Shown here one piece after another: positions 33,188 through 41,641 of a stretch of 45,300 bases of DNA. Source of the stretch: Eubacteriales bacterium (lineage in GTDB: Bacteria > Bacillota > Clostridia > Oscillospirales > CAG-272); the NCBI GenBank assembly GCA_045129715.1, contig JBGVKA010000069.1, positions 1-45,300 of the forward strand. Direction: 5' to 3'. Position 1 is the stretch's first letter, and each line of letters starts with the position of its first letter. Made by a program: the position numbers and the translations under genes. The notes under the pieces are model-generated. The model saw only the letters and a list, made by a program, of their open reading frames with translations. It was not told where the DNA came from and searched no databases.

Positions 33188-34249
33188 ATGGCACAGAGAA
33201 TTTTAATGAAGGGCAACGAGGCTATCGCAGAGGCCGCGATCCGTGCAGGTTGCCGTCACTATTTCGGTTATCCCATCACTCCTCAGACCGAGATCGCCGC
33301 TTATATGGCGAAGAAAATGCCCAAGATCGGCGGTGTTTTCCTTCAGGCAGAGAGTGAGATCGCTTCAATAAATATGGTATACGGTGCCGCGGCGGCGGGT
33401 ATGAGAGTTATGACCTCCTCCTCGAGCCCCGGAATCTCGCTTAAGACCGAAGGTCTCAGCTACATCGCGGGCTCCGACGTTCCCGCACTCGTCGTTAACG
33501 TACAGCGCGGCGGTCCCGGACTCGGAGGAATCCAGCCCTCCCAGTCGGATTATTTCCAGGCTACCAAGGGCGGCGGACACGGTGACTACCGTATGATCGT
33601 TCTTGCGCCTGCATCCGTTCAGGAGATGGCGAGCCTTACCATAAAGGGCTTTGATCTTGCAGACAAGTATTGCGTTACCTCTATGATCCTTGCCGACGGT
33701 ACTATCGGTCAGATGATGGAGCCCATCACCTTTGAGGACACCGAGCCCAAGACCTACGAGAAGCCCTGGGCTCTCACGGGAACGAACCTCAAGCGTCCTC
33801 ACAATATCGTTAACTCGCTCTACCTCAAGCCCGACGAGCTCGAGAGAAAGAATTTCGAGCGTTTTGAAAAATACAAGGCTATCGAGGAAAACGAGCCTAT
33901 GTGGGAGGAATATATGATGGACGGCGCGGAGTACGTTGTCGTTGCATTCGGTATTGCCTCGAGAGTGGCTAAAAACGCGGTAGCGGAGGCAAGAAAAGAG
34001 GGAATCAAGGTCGGACTTATAAGACCTATCACCCTTTGGCCCTTCCCGACGGCACCCTTCAAGAAGGCTCTTGATACGGCGAAGGCGTTCGTATCCGTAG
34101 AGCTTAGTATGGGACAGATGATAGAGGACGTAAGGCTTGCAACAGAATGCAAGTGCCCCGTATATCTCTGTAACAGATGCGGCGGTATGATCCCGAGTCC
34201 CGACGAGGTTCTCGCATCTATCCGTAAGGCAGAGAAAGGAGAGCTTTGA
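33188..34249 (+). CDS. 2-oxoacid:ferredoxin oxidoreductase alpha subunit (VOR/KOR type)
   Basis: [36 protein letters not shown].. is typical of the alpha subunit. I set the start at ATG 33188 (RBS AAGGAGA), not the track's 33167. Confidence 0.88.
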   Translation: MAQRILMKGNEAIAEAAIRAGCRHYFGYPITPQTEIAAYMAKKMPKIGGVFLQAESEIASINMVYGAAAAGMRVMTSSSSPGISLKTEGLSYIAGSDVPALVVNVQRGGPGLGGIQPSQSDYFQATKGGGHGDYRMIVLAPASVQEMASLTIKGFDLADKYCVTSMILADGTIGQMMEPITFEDTEPKTYEKPWALTGTNLKRPHNIVNSLYLKPDELERKNFERFEKYKAIEENEPMWEEYMMDGAEYVVVAFGIASRVAKNAVAEARKEGIKVGLIRPITLWPFPTAPFKKALDTAKAFVSVELSMGQMIEDVRLATECKCPVYLCNRCGGMIPSPDEVLASIRKAEKGEL

Positions 34250-34251
34250 TA

Positions 34252-35004
34252 ATGGCAGTAGTATTTGAAAAACCTAAATCTCTCACCGATGCTCCGTTTC
34301 ATTATTGCCCCGGTTGTCCTCACGGTATTATTCACCGCTTGGTAGCCGAGGTTATGGATGAGCTCGGTATCGAGGGTAAGGCAATAGGAGTGGCACCCGT
34401 AGGCTGTGCGGTTATGGCTTACGATTATTTCGCCTGCGATATGATAGAGGCTCCTCACGGAAGAGCACCCGCGGTCGCAACGGGAATCAAGCGTTGCCGC
34501 CCCGAAAACATAGTATTCACCTACCAGGGTGACGGAGACCTCGCCTCCATAGGTATGGCGGAGACCGTACACTCTGCGGCAAGAAATGAAAATATAACAG
34601 TTATCTTCGTAAATAACGCAATATACGGTATGACCGGCGGTCAGATGGCTCCCACGAGCCTTCCCGGTCAGGTAACACAGACCTCGCCCTACGGCCGTGA
34701 CGTAAATCACTGCGGTTGGCCCATTCGTGTGAGCGAGATGCTCGCAACCCTTGAGGGCCCCGAGTACGTTGCTCGCGTAGCGGTAAACAACGTTAAGAAC
34801 GTTAAAAACGCAAAGAAGGTTATTAAGAAGGCTTTCCAGAACCAGATCGACGGCAAGGGCTTCTCTCTCGTTGAGGTAGTTTCCTCTTGTCCCACCAACT
34901 GGGGTATGACGCCTAAGGCGGCTCTTGAATGGATCGAGAGCGATATGCTTCCTTACTATCCCATCGGCGTATACAAGGACAGAAGTGCAGGGGAGGAGAA
35001 GTAA
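34252..35004 (+). CDS. 2-oxoacid:ferredoxin oxidoreductase beta subunit (TPP-binding)
   Basis: [15 protein letters not shown]..., GDGDLASIG and [11 protein letters not shown] are TPP motifs. I set the start at ATG 34252 (RBS GGAGAG), 2 nt after the alpha stop. Confidence 0.88.
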   Translation: MAVVFEKPKSLTDAPFHYCPGCPHGIIHRLVAEVMDELGIEGKAIGVAPVGCAVMAYDYFACDMIEAPHGRAPAVATGIKRCRPENIVFTYQGDGDLASIGMAETVHSAARNENITVIFVNNAIYGMTGGQMAPTSLPGQVTQTSPYGRDVNHCGWPIRVSEMLATLEGPEYVARVAVNNVKNVKNAKKVIKKAFQNQIDGKGFSLVEVVSSCPTNWGMTPKAALEWIESDMLPYYPIGVYKDRSAGEEK

Positions 35005-35005
35005 G

Positions 35006-35548
35006 ATGAAAACGACTCAGATCCTTATTGCAGGCTTCGGCGGTCAGGGAATACTCTTCTCGGGAAAGTTCTTGGCTTACAAGGGACTTACCGAGGACCT
35101 TCAGGTCTCCTGGCTCCCCTCGTACGGCCCCGAAATGAGAGGCGGTACGGCAAACTGTAACGTTATTCTTTCCGACCTTCCCGTAGGCTCGCCCATCATC
35201 ACCGCGCCCGACGTTCTCGTTGCGATGAATCTTCCCTCGCTTCAGAAATACGTTGATACCGTAGTTAAGGGCGGACAGATCTACGTTGACTCCTCTCTTA
35301 TCGACGTCAAAGTCGAGAGGGATGACGTTGAGGTCTTCTATATCCCCGCAACTCAGATGGCGAAGGATGAGGGCATCGGCTCTCTTGCCAATATGATAAT
35401 CGTCGGACACCTTCTCGAGAATCATCCCGAGCTTTCCTTCGAGGGAACTGATGAGGTCGTTAATAGCCTCGTGCCTCCCAAAAAAGAGGCTCTTAAAGAG
35501 CTTAATATGAAGGCTCTTGATCTCGGAAAGAACTATAAATGTAAATGA
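35006..35548 (+). CDS. 2-oxoacid:ferredoxin oxidoreductase gamma subunit
   Basis: MKTTQILIAGFGGQGILFSGKFLA...GPEMRGGTANC is typical of the gamma subunit. The start is 1 nt after the beta stop, with RBS GGGAGGAG. Confidence 0.88.
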   Translation: MKTTQILIAGFGGQGILFSGKFLAYKGLTEDLQVSWLPSYGPEMRGGTANCNVILSDLPVGSPIITAPDVLVAMNLPSLQKYVDTVVKGGQIYVDSSLIDVKVERDDVEVFYIPATQMAKDEGIGSLANMIIVGHLLENHPELSFEGTDEVVNSLVPPKKEALKELNMKALDLGKNYKCK

Positions 35549-35582
35549 TTATTGTCATTTTAAAGTGTAAAAAAGAAATTCT

Positions 35583-35602
35583 GCTGTATCATACAGCTTT
35601 TT
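35583..35602 (+). terminator. weak hairpin plus T5 between the oxidoreductase genes and the dehydrogenase (possible attenuator or partial terminator)
   Basis: GCTGTAT-c-ATACAGC followed by TTTTT. The stem is short and AT-rich. Confidence 0.3.
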
Positions 35603-35617
35603 AAAGGAGAAAATACA

Positions 35618-36649
35618 ATGAACGCAATGACAGAAATGAGCAAATACCGTCACGAGAAGGTATTGTTCGTAAACAATGAAAAGGCTGGTCTTAAGGCTAT
35701 TATCGCCGTACATAACACCAACCTCGGCCCCGCTATCGGCGGATGCCGTCTCTTCCCCTATGCATCTTACGACGACGCACTCTTCGACGTTCTCCGTCTT
35801 TCTCGCGGAATGTCTCACAAGAACGCAGTTGCAGGCCTTCCCCACGGTGGCGGAAAGGGTGTAATCATCGCTGATCCCTCCCAGAAGACCGAGGCAATGT
35901 TCGAGGCATTCGCTGAGGCGGTAAACGGTCTTGGCGGAGACTATATCACCGCAGAGGACGTGAACACCACCTGTGACGATGCTCTCGTTATGCTTCGCAA
36001 GACAAAATATCTCTGCGGACTTCCCCAGAACAGCGGAGACCCCTCGCCCTTCACCGCTCGCGGCGTATGGCAGGGAATCAAGGCTACCGCTAAGGTTGCT
36101 CTCGGAGCAGATTCTCTCGACGGACTTACCGTTGCGGTACAGGGACTCGGTAAGGTTGGTTACGACCTCTGCCGTCTTCTTCACAACAGCGGTGCAAAGC
36201 TTATCGTTGCTAACCGCAGCAACAAGGAGATCGCTCTCCGTGCAGCTGAGGAGTTCGGTGCTATCGTAGTTCCCACCGAGGAGATCTACAGCCAGAAGTG
36301 TGATATCTTCTCTCCCAACGCAATGGGTGCTATCATCAATCCCACCACTATTCCTATGCTCAACTGTAAGGCGGTTGCAGGCGGATCCAACAACCAGATC
36401 CTTGACGATGAGTCCGGTCTCGCTCTTAAGGCTCGCGGCATCTTCTACGCTCCCGATTTCGTAATCAACGGCGGCGGCGTTATCAACGCGGCAGCAGAGG
36501 TTGACGGTCCTTACAACAAGGAAGAGGTTCTCAAGAAGGTTGACAACATCTATAACTCCATCGAGCACATTCTCACCGAGTCCAAGGCTACCGGCGAGCC
36601 CGAGGGTGTTATCGCAACCAGATACGCTGAGTCTCTCATCTATCGTTAA
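35618..36649 (+). CDS. Leu/Val(/Phe)-type amino-acid dehydrogenase (Glu/Leu/Phe/Val dehydrogenase family)
   Basis: 343 aa. GLKAIIAVHNTNLGPAIGGCRLFPY...ALFDVLRLSRGMSHKNAVAGLPHGGGKGVI closely parallels Bacillus leucine dehydrogenase, including the catalytic-Lys GGGK motif and the GxGxVG Rossmann motif (VQGLGKVG). Confidence 0.9.
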   Translation: MNAMTEMSKYRHEKVLFVNNEKAGLKAIIAVHNTNLGPAIGGCRLFPYASYDDALFDVLRLSRGMSHKNAVAGLPHGGGKGVIIADPSQKTEAMFEAFAEAVNGLGGDYITAEDVNTTCDDALVMLRKTKYLCGLPQNSGDPSPFTARGVWQGIKATAKVALGADSLDGLTVAVQGLGKVGYDLCRLLHNSGAKLIVANRSNKEIALRAAEEFGAIVVPTEEIYSQKCDIFSPNAMGAIINPTTIPMLNCKAVAGGSNNQILDDESGLALKARGIFYAPDFVINGGGVINAAAEVDGPYNKEEVLKKVDNIYNSIEHILTESKATGEPEGVIATRYAESLIYR

Positions 36650-36700
36650 TTTTGGTTTTTAAGGCTCAAGATATAAAGCTTGAGCGCATAAAATAAAGAT

Positions 36701-36742
36701 ATCCCCTCGGGAGCGCAATTGACGTGCCCGAGGGATTTTTAA
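36701..36742. terminator. bidirectional intrinsic terminator (end of the dehydrogenase operon and of the convergent lipoprotein pair)
   Basis: ATCCCCTCGGG (36701-36711) pairs with CCCGAGGGAT (36727-36736) with one bulged C. TTTTT follows, and an A/T-rich run lies on the other side. Confidence 0.75.
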
Positions 36743-36803
36743 CTTTTAAAGGCGTTTTTTGTAAATATATGTTATCAATAGCACGGTTAAACGATGAATT
36801 TGA

Positions 36804-37616
36804 TTACGAAATCGGTGTATTCCAACCGCTTGTTGCCTTTGCCGACTTTACATACTGTTGCGGATGCATCGTATCCTCGATCAGCGTGACGCTATCCTCG
36901 TAACAATTTTCATCGGGATCAAAGACCGCCAAAAAAGTATAACTGTAAGTATTTATGTGTTTGTCGTAATAATCCTCAAAGTACGTATAGATCACGTGCA
37001 TTTCTCTTCCGTAGCTATCGGACATTAAATAGCTTGAATATCTGACGAAGGAAATATTACGGGGATTGACGTATATATCGGCTTTTTCGTAATATCTCTC
37101 AATTACCGTTTCAAATTGATGATCCTTGATCTTAAGCTTATCTTTTTCCGGCTTTCTTTTCAGTATTTCGGATCTCTCGCATTTGCTCTCGTCTATCGGA
37201 AGATCCCAATCGTTCAGGGTTTTGAGGCTCAATACCTCTTCGCTCTTTGGATCAACCTGTATTTCCTCTTCGTCATGGCTGTAGCTCGGTATAAATACGT
37301 AGCAATCGTCCGGATAATAATACACGGTATCGTTACCTCGGTATTGCATTACGAGAGCGAGAGTGGGACCGCGCATCTCACTGTAGGAAAACAAGATCCT
37401 TCCGTAGTTGTCTGTTTCCAGTATCTCAACGTCGGCATCATAAAGCGCTTCTCCGTTGCTGCCGTGTCCTCTTATCGTAGGCACGTTGCACCAGGCTACG
37501 GTACAGAGATCGGGATAGTCTCCGCGGTATTTAAGGTACATGCAACCCGTAGCGGAGAGTATAAGGGAGGTAACGGTAAGCATCAAAGCACATATTTTAA
37601 TTAAGCTTTTTCTCAT
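36804..37616 (-). CDS. lipoprotein of unknown function (paralog A)
   Basis: 270 aa with lipobox SATG|C. Its shared motifs with paralog B are Y(R/K)GDYP, (I/L)LETD(N/S)YGR, (L/M)NDW(D/N)(L/E)P, (S/T)D(S/A)YGR and a C-terminal GWNTP. Its RBS AAGGAGG is embedded in the last codons of paralog B. Confidence 0.8.
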   Translation of the reverse strand: MRKSLIKICALMLTVTSLILSATGCMYLKYRGDYPDLCTVAWCNVPTIRGHGSNGEALYDADVEILETDNYGRILFSYSEMRGPTLALVMQYRGNDTVYYYPDDCYVFIPSYSHDEEEIQVDPKSEEVLSLKTLNDWDLPIDESKCERSEILKRKPEKDKLKIKDHQFETVIERYYEKADIYVNPRNISFVRYSSYLMSDSYGREMHVIYTYFEDYYDKHINTYSYTFLAVFDPDENCYEDSVTLIEDTMHPQQYVKSAKATSGWNTPIS

Positions 37617-37620
37617 AGCT

Positions 37621-38538
37621 TTAACCTCCTTGCGCGTTATTTAAGGGGGTGTTCCAACCGTTAGCCGCTTTGAGCTCGCGTATCTGTTCTTGGTAGCTCG
37701 TCTTGTCTGCGAGCTCTACCATAAACGTATCATTGTTATAGCTCTCGTCCGGCATCAGTATGGCGATCATTTCGAGCGGGTATTCTGTGTGCAAAAGGTT
37801 CAAGTTTGGATCCTCATTATAAACGTAGTATACGCATTCAACGTAATAAAGACGTCTGCCGTAGGCATCGGTTGCCATCCAGTTTTCATATACGTTGGTT
37901 CCGTAATATCCCGAAATATATTCAGCGGGGATATTGTGTCCGTTTTTTATAGCGACGCTGAAGATCTCTTCCTTCCATACGTCATCTCTGAGATTGACAC
38001 TGTCTTTTCTGAACGACCACGGTCCTGTAAGCTTAGGTCTCGTTATCTCTGCGCTTTCGAAGAGCGATTCCTGAAGAGGCTCGTTCCAATCGTTCATTTC
38101 CTTGAGGCTTGCCAAGGCATCAGAGGGGCAGAGCTCACGGTAAAGCTCCATAAGTCTTTCCTCGGAAAGCTTTTTGTCCCTTATATCGTAAATGCTATCG
38201 GGCGTCTTGAATGAGATCGTGGATCTTTGGGGATAGAACCAAACACGCTCCTCGCTTTCCTTTTGAACTACGAGGACCGAAAGCGGCTTATCCGTGGATT
38301 CAAAGTATATATAAAGTCCTCTGCCGTAGGAATCGGTCTCCAAAAGCAGTATCTGGGGATCCCTGAATCGCGTGGTTTTGCGCGTGGCTCCAAACGTGTT
38401 CGGTATCTCCGTATACGCAAGCGTGTATGCTCCGGGATAGTCGCCCTTGTATCCACTGTATGAACGGCAGCTGCATAGCGCGAGCATCAACAACGCGATC
38501 AAGCATACTATGGCGGGAATTTTGATCAATAGCTTCAT
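37621..38538 (-). CDS. lipoprotein of unknown function (paralog B)
   Basis: 305 aa with lipobox ALCS|C and the same motif set as paralog A. Confidence 0.8.
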   Translation of the reverse strand: MKLLIKIPAIVCLIALLMLALCSCRSYSGYKGDYPGAYTLAYTEIPNTFGATRKTTRFRDPQILLLETDSYGRGLYIYFESTDKPLSVLVVQKESEERVWFYPQRSTISFKTPDSIYDIRDKKLSEERLMELYRELCPSDALASLKEMNDWNEPLQESLFESAEITRPKLTGPWSFRKDSVNLRDDVWKEEIFSVAIKNGHNIPAEYISGYYGTNVYENWMATDAYGRRLYYVECVYYVYNEDPNLNLLHTEYPLEMIAILMPDESYNNDTFMVELADKTSYQEQIRELKAANGWNTPLNNAQGG

Positions 38539-38580
38539 ATACGCACCTTCTTTCCAAAAAAAAGCGGAAGCTTTTTAAGT

Positions 38581-38610
38581 ATTATAACACAAAAGCACAA
38601 CGAAAGTCAA
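38581..38610 (-). promoter_or_regulatory. sigma-A promoter of the lipoprotein pair
   Basis: Minus strand reads TTGACT (38605-38610), an 18-nt spacer, then TGtTATAAT (-10 at 38581-38586). Confidence 0.65.
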
Positions 38611-38726
38611 TATGCTCAAGCTTGAGCTATAACGGAGGAGGTTTAAGCTTATAAAAAGGTGCGCGCGATTTGAATTATATCCGTAATATAAAATCTTTCA
38701 AAAATACAGCGTAATATTGCGAAATG

Positions 38727-38760
38727 AAAAGCCGATAGACCGTGACGCCTATCGGCTTTT
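38727..38760. terminator. intrinsic terminator downstream of the DUF11 gene
   Basis: AAAAGCCGATAG (38727-38738) pairs with CTATCGGCTTTT (38749-38760), a perfect 12-bp stem flanked by A and T runs. Confidence 0.8.
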
Positions 38761-38796
38761 CGGGTTATATCGCAAACAAAAGTTTGCAATATACGG

Positions 38797-39654
38797 TTAT
38801 ACCGTTCCGGTTACTGTGAGAACTACGACACCTGGAGTGGTGGTTATGACACCGGTTGCGGCGTCCTGCACGTAGGTTGCGGCAGGTACCGTTATCGTTC
38901 CATCGGTGGTAGCAAAGGCTCCCGTAGTCTCGTTATAGGTGTATCCCGTGCCTTCAGCAAGAGGCGTTCCGTCAAGAGCTACGGTGATATTGCTAAGTGC
39001 GGGATTGAAGGTATCGCTGATAACGATGCCGCCGGTCGCATCAACGGGGGTATTACCGAGATTTTGAACGATGATCGTATAGGTGAGCTGATCGTTATCC
39101 GTAAGGACCGCAGGGCATACTGCCTTTGCAATAGTTAACACGGGTGCCTCGGTAACGGTAACCGTTGCGGTATCCGTGATAACACCGATGCCTGCGCCTC
39201 CGTTCGTTGAGGCGGTGTTGGTTATAGCCGAGCCTGCCTCAATGGGTGCAAACTCATTTGCCCGTGTTTCGTAAATAAAGGTGGCGGTGGTGTTTGCGGC
39301 AAGATCTATGCCCGTGATCTCGAGGTTGCCGACCGCAGTTACCGTGGGTGCAGGCTGAAGCACACCGTTGAGGTAGTAAAGCATTGAGCCCGTAACGTAG
39401 GTGAGAGGAACTGCCGCAATGCCGCCGGCGGTGGTATACGCACCGAGATCGTCGGTCACGGTGAGGTCGTTATAAGCGGTGCCGCCCATATTACTGAGGG
39501 TGATAGCGTAGACGACCGAGCCGTCCTCGGTGTAAGTGCCGGTTACGGCGGTTTTCGTTATCGTAAGTCCCGAGAGAAGCTCCGCTTCGGTAGTGTTGGA
39601 ATTTAATACGTTACCGCCGTAGCTCAGCGTTGCCTGGTTAAAAAACGTTGCCAT
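38797..39654 (-). CDS. two-domain DUF11 (conserved repeat domain) protein without a signal peptide
   Basis: 285 aa. LTITKTAVTGTYTEDGSVVYAITLSNMGGTAYNDLTVTDDLG and LTIAKAVCPAVLTDNDQLTYTIIVQNLGNTPVD...VISDTF match the DUF11 pattern. The N-terminus MATFFNQATLSYGG has no hydrophobic leader. RBS AAGGAGA. Confidence 0.8.
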   Translation of the reverse strand: MATFFNQATLSYGGNVLNSNTTEAELLSGLTITKTAVTGTYTEDGSVVYAITLSNMGGTAYNDLTVTDDLGAYTTAGGIAAVPLTYVTGSMLYYLNGVLQPAPTVTAVGNLEITGIDLAANTTATFIYETRANEFAPIEAGSAITNTASTNGGAGIGVITDTATVTVTEAPVLTIAKAVCPAVLTDNDQLTYTIIVQNLGNTPVDATGGIVISDTFNPALSNITVALDGTPLAEGTGYTYNETTGAFATTDGTITVPAATYVQDAATGVITTTPGVVVLTVTGTV

Positions 39655-39831
39655 TTTTGTCTCCTTTTGTTTTTATCCGCTTTTTATGAGCGGATTCGTT
39701 TGTTAACGACCGCACGGAAAAACGATAAAAAAGCTTTCCCGACAGTCATTAACAGTATATGACGGTGGGTGAGTTTTGGGCATTTCTTCTCGCGTTTCTG
39801 TACGGCGTCAGATATTACGCGCTCGCTTGTA

Positions 39832-39860
39832 TTGACGGAGAGTGGTTTGTATGGTATACT
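39832..39860 (+). promoter_or_regulatory. sigma-A promoter for the 39904 gene
   Basis: TTGACG (39832-39837), a 17-nt spacer, then TGgTATACT (-10 at 39855-39860). Confidence 0.6.
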
Positions 39861-39903
39861 ACATGTGATGTTTTTAGTGTAATTTTAAAGAAGGGAGAGC
39901 GCG

Positions 39904-40899
39904 ATGGGGGTTAAGATATGGTTCAGGCTATGGAGAAGATCGTTATATAAGATATTGACCTTTGACCGAAAAAGAAAAAGAACTCAGGCGCAACGCGAAA
40001 AAGAGCGTGCGAAAAGAATACGCAGTAAGTACTCGTCCCAAAATTATTATAAAATGAAAAAACGCGAGCTCAAGCGAAGACGTCGCGGATCGGTATCTGA
40101 CAGACGGCTTTTGGAGGGCTTGATAGGGCTCGCGCTCACAACGGTTGCGATTGTTCTTTTGCCTCTCGGATTTTTTGATTGGGCGAAAAAGAGCAGTCTT
40201 TTAAGGGGCTCAAAGAGAAAAAGAATGCACGTCTACCGTGCTCGCGAGGGCGAAAGATATAAAAACGGCGGTACTGCCACAGCCTCGCGCGGTGATCACA
40301 CCGAAGGTGCGGTGTCGGTAAAAGCACCTGCGGTAGATGACAAAACTCCACACGGTACCGGAGGAAAAGCCTTCACCAAGGAGCCTCGCAAGGAATATCA
40401 CAATAGTGAGCCAACGCGCGTCAGTGCTGAAATATTTGCAGGCAAGAGCTTCACCGAGAGAGCACCGAGAGCTGCGGCAGAGATCTCTTTTAAAACGCCC
40501 GTCGTGAGTGAGGTGCGCGAAGAAAAGTCTTCTAAAGGTACCGCAAGCGTTTCCTTGGGCGAGAGCGAAGGCGTGCCGAGATCTAAGCCAAAAAACGAAA
40601 GAGATCAGTACATAAAAAAGAGATTTACCGTAAAAGCCCCTGAGGGAGCCGATCTTAAGGCTATGTCTCGCCTTTCTGCCGCCACGTATCTTGAGATTGA
40701 ATTTGACGGAACCTTCCCCGACGATAAGGAAGCCGTTAGGGTTGTTTACGGTGGCGTTACCTTAGGATACGTCGAAAAGCAGGACCGCCTTGCCATCGTC
40801 ACCTGCCTGAAGCTTAAGCGCAGGATATACGGTGTAGTTACCGATCCGTGCAGAGACGGTATGGGCGTTGAGTTTGAGGCGTGGATAGAGCGTGGCTGA
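39904..40899 (+). CDS. hypothetical protein: highly basic N-terminus, one TM, disordered linker, C-terminal HIRAN-like domain
   Basis: 331 aa. KRKRTQAQREKERAKRIRSK...KRELKRRRRGS is followed by the TM LIGLALTTVAIVLLPLGFF. The C-terminus YLEIEFDGTFPDDKEAVRVVYGGVTLGYVEKQDRLAIVTCLKLKRRIYGVV resembles the HIRAN pattern (L.l.rE..NP.D.nAv.V...g..iGYv). The domain call is tentative. Confidence 0.55.
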   Translation: MGVKIWFRLWRRSLYKILTFDRKRKRTQAQREKERAKRIRSKYSSQNYYKMKKRELKRRRRGSVSDRRLLEGLIGLALTTVAIVLLPLGFFDWAKKSSLLRGSKRKRMHVYRAREGERYKNGGTATASRGDHTEGAVSVKAPAVDDKTPHGTGGKAFTKEPRKEYHNSEPTRVSAEIFAGKSFTERAPRAAAEISFKTPVVSEVREEKSSKGTASVSLGESEGVPRSKPKNERDQYIKKRFTVKAPEGADLKAMSRLSAATYLEIEFDGTFPDDKEAVRVVYGGVTLGYVEKQDRLAIVTCLKLKRRIYGVVTDPCRDGMGVEFEAWIERG

Positions 40900-40998
40900 T
40901 CAAAAACGCAAAAAACGTGTAACCTTTTTCATTTTTGAGTGTCTTATAAGTGAAAGGGTAAAAAGCGTATAAAAACGAAAAATGAAAGGAGTAAATAT

Positions 40999-41529
40999 AT
41001 GAATTTTGAGAATGCATATCAGAAATTTTTAAACGGAACGGCAAGTCCCGAGGAGATAGAGTTCGTTCGCAGTGAGATGAAAAAGGCGAACGAGATAAAC
41101 GATATCTTAACTAACGTAAAAAGCAACGGTGCGACGAGCGTCGCAGAGGAAGAGACCGTAAAAAAGGCAATGAAGAGCTATCGCAAGAAGGATACCCTTA
41201 AGATACTCCTCATCGTCGGTTGCGCTATGGTCACGCTCGCTATCGCGATCGCGTGCGCTATAGGAATCCCCGTGCTCTCGAAGGCGAAGGGCAATACGAA
41301 TTACACGAGAGAGCAGGCTAAGGAAATAGCCGTCAAGTACGTTGCAGATAGATTTCCCGAGGGCAGAGAGAACATCGAGGTCAAAGAGATCGAGCGCGAG
41401 CTTGAGATCGACGGAAGGGTTAAAAACGCGCGCTACGTCTACGTCGTTGAGGTCTATAACGGCATAAACGAGGTATATGAGATCGAGATAGACGGAAAAA
41501 CCGGAAAGATCCTTGAGATTGACGATTAA
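40999..41529 (+). CDS. PepSY-domain single-pass membrane protein
   Basis: 176 aa with the TM ILLIVGCAMVTLAIAIACAIGIPVL. The C-terminus QAKEIAVKYV....IEVKEIERELEIDGRV..YVVEV......YEIEIDGKTGKILEID is a PepSY pattern. RBS AGGAG. Confidence 0.75.
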   Translation: MNFENAYQKFLNGTASPEEIEFVRSEMKKANEINDILTNVKSNGATSVAEEETVKKAMKSYRKKDTLKILLIVGCAMVTLAIAIACAIGIPVLSKAKGNTNYTREQAKEIAVKYVADRFPEGRENIEVKEIERELEIDGRVKNARYVYVVEVYNGINEVYEIEIDGKTGKILEIDD

Positions 41530-41538
41530 TAAGAATTT

Positions 41539-41575
41539 AAAGCCGATGAGGAGGAAATCCCGTCGGCTTTTTTCT
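41539..41575 (+). terminator. intrinsic terminator after the PepSY gene
   Basis: AAAGCCGA (41539-41546) pairs with TCGGCTTT (41563-41570), followed by a T-run. Confidence 0.7.
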
Positions 41576-41613
41576 TCGGCTTGTATTGCTTCGTGTGAAT
41601 TCTTTTTTAAATA

Positions 41614-41641
41614 TTGATTTTTAAAATAAAAATGGTATAAT
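41614..41641 (+). promoter_or_regulatory. sigma-A promoter upstream of the SDR/AKR/radical-SAM cluster
   Basis: TTGATT (41614-41619), a 16-nt spacer, then TGgTATAAT (-10 at 41636-41641). This leaves a leader of about 205 nt. Confidence 0.6.
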
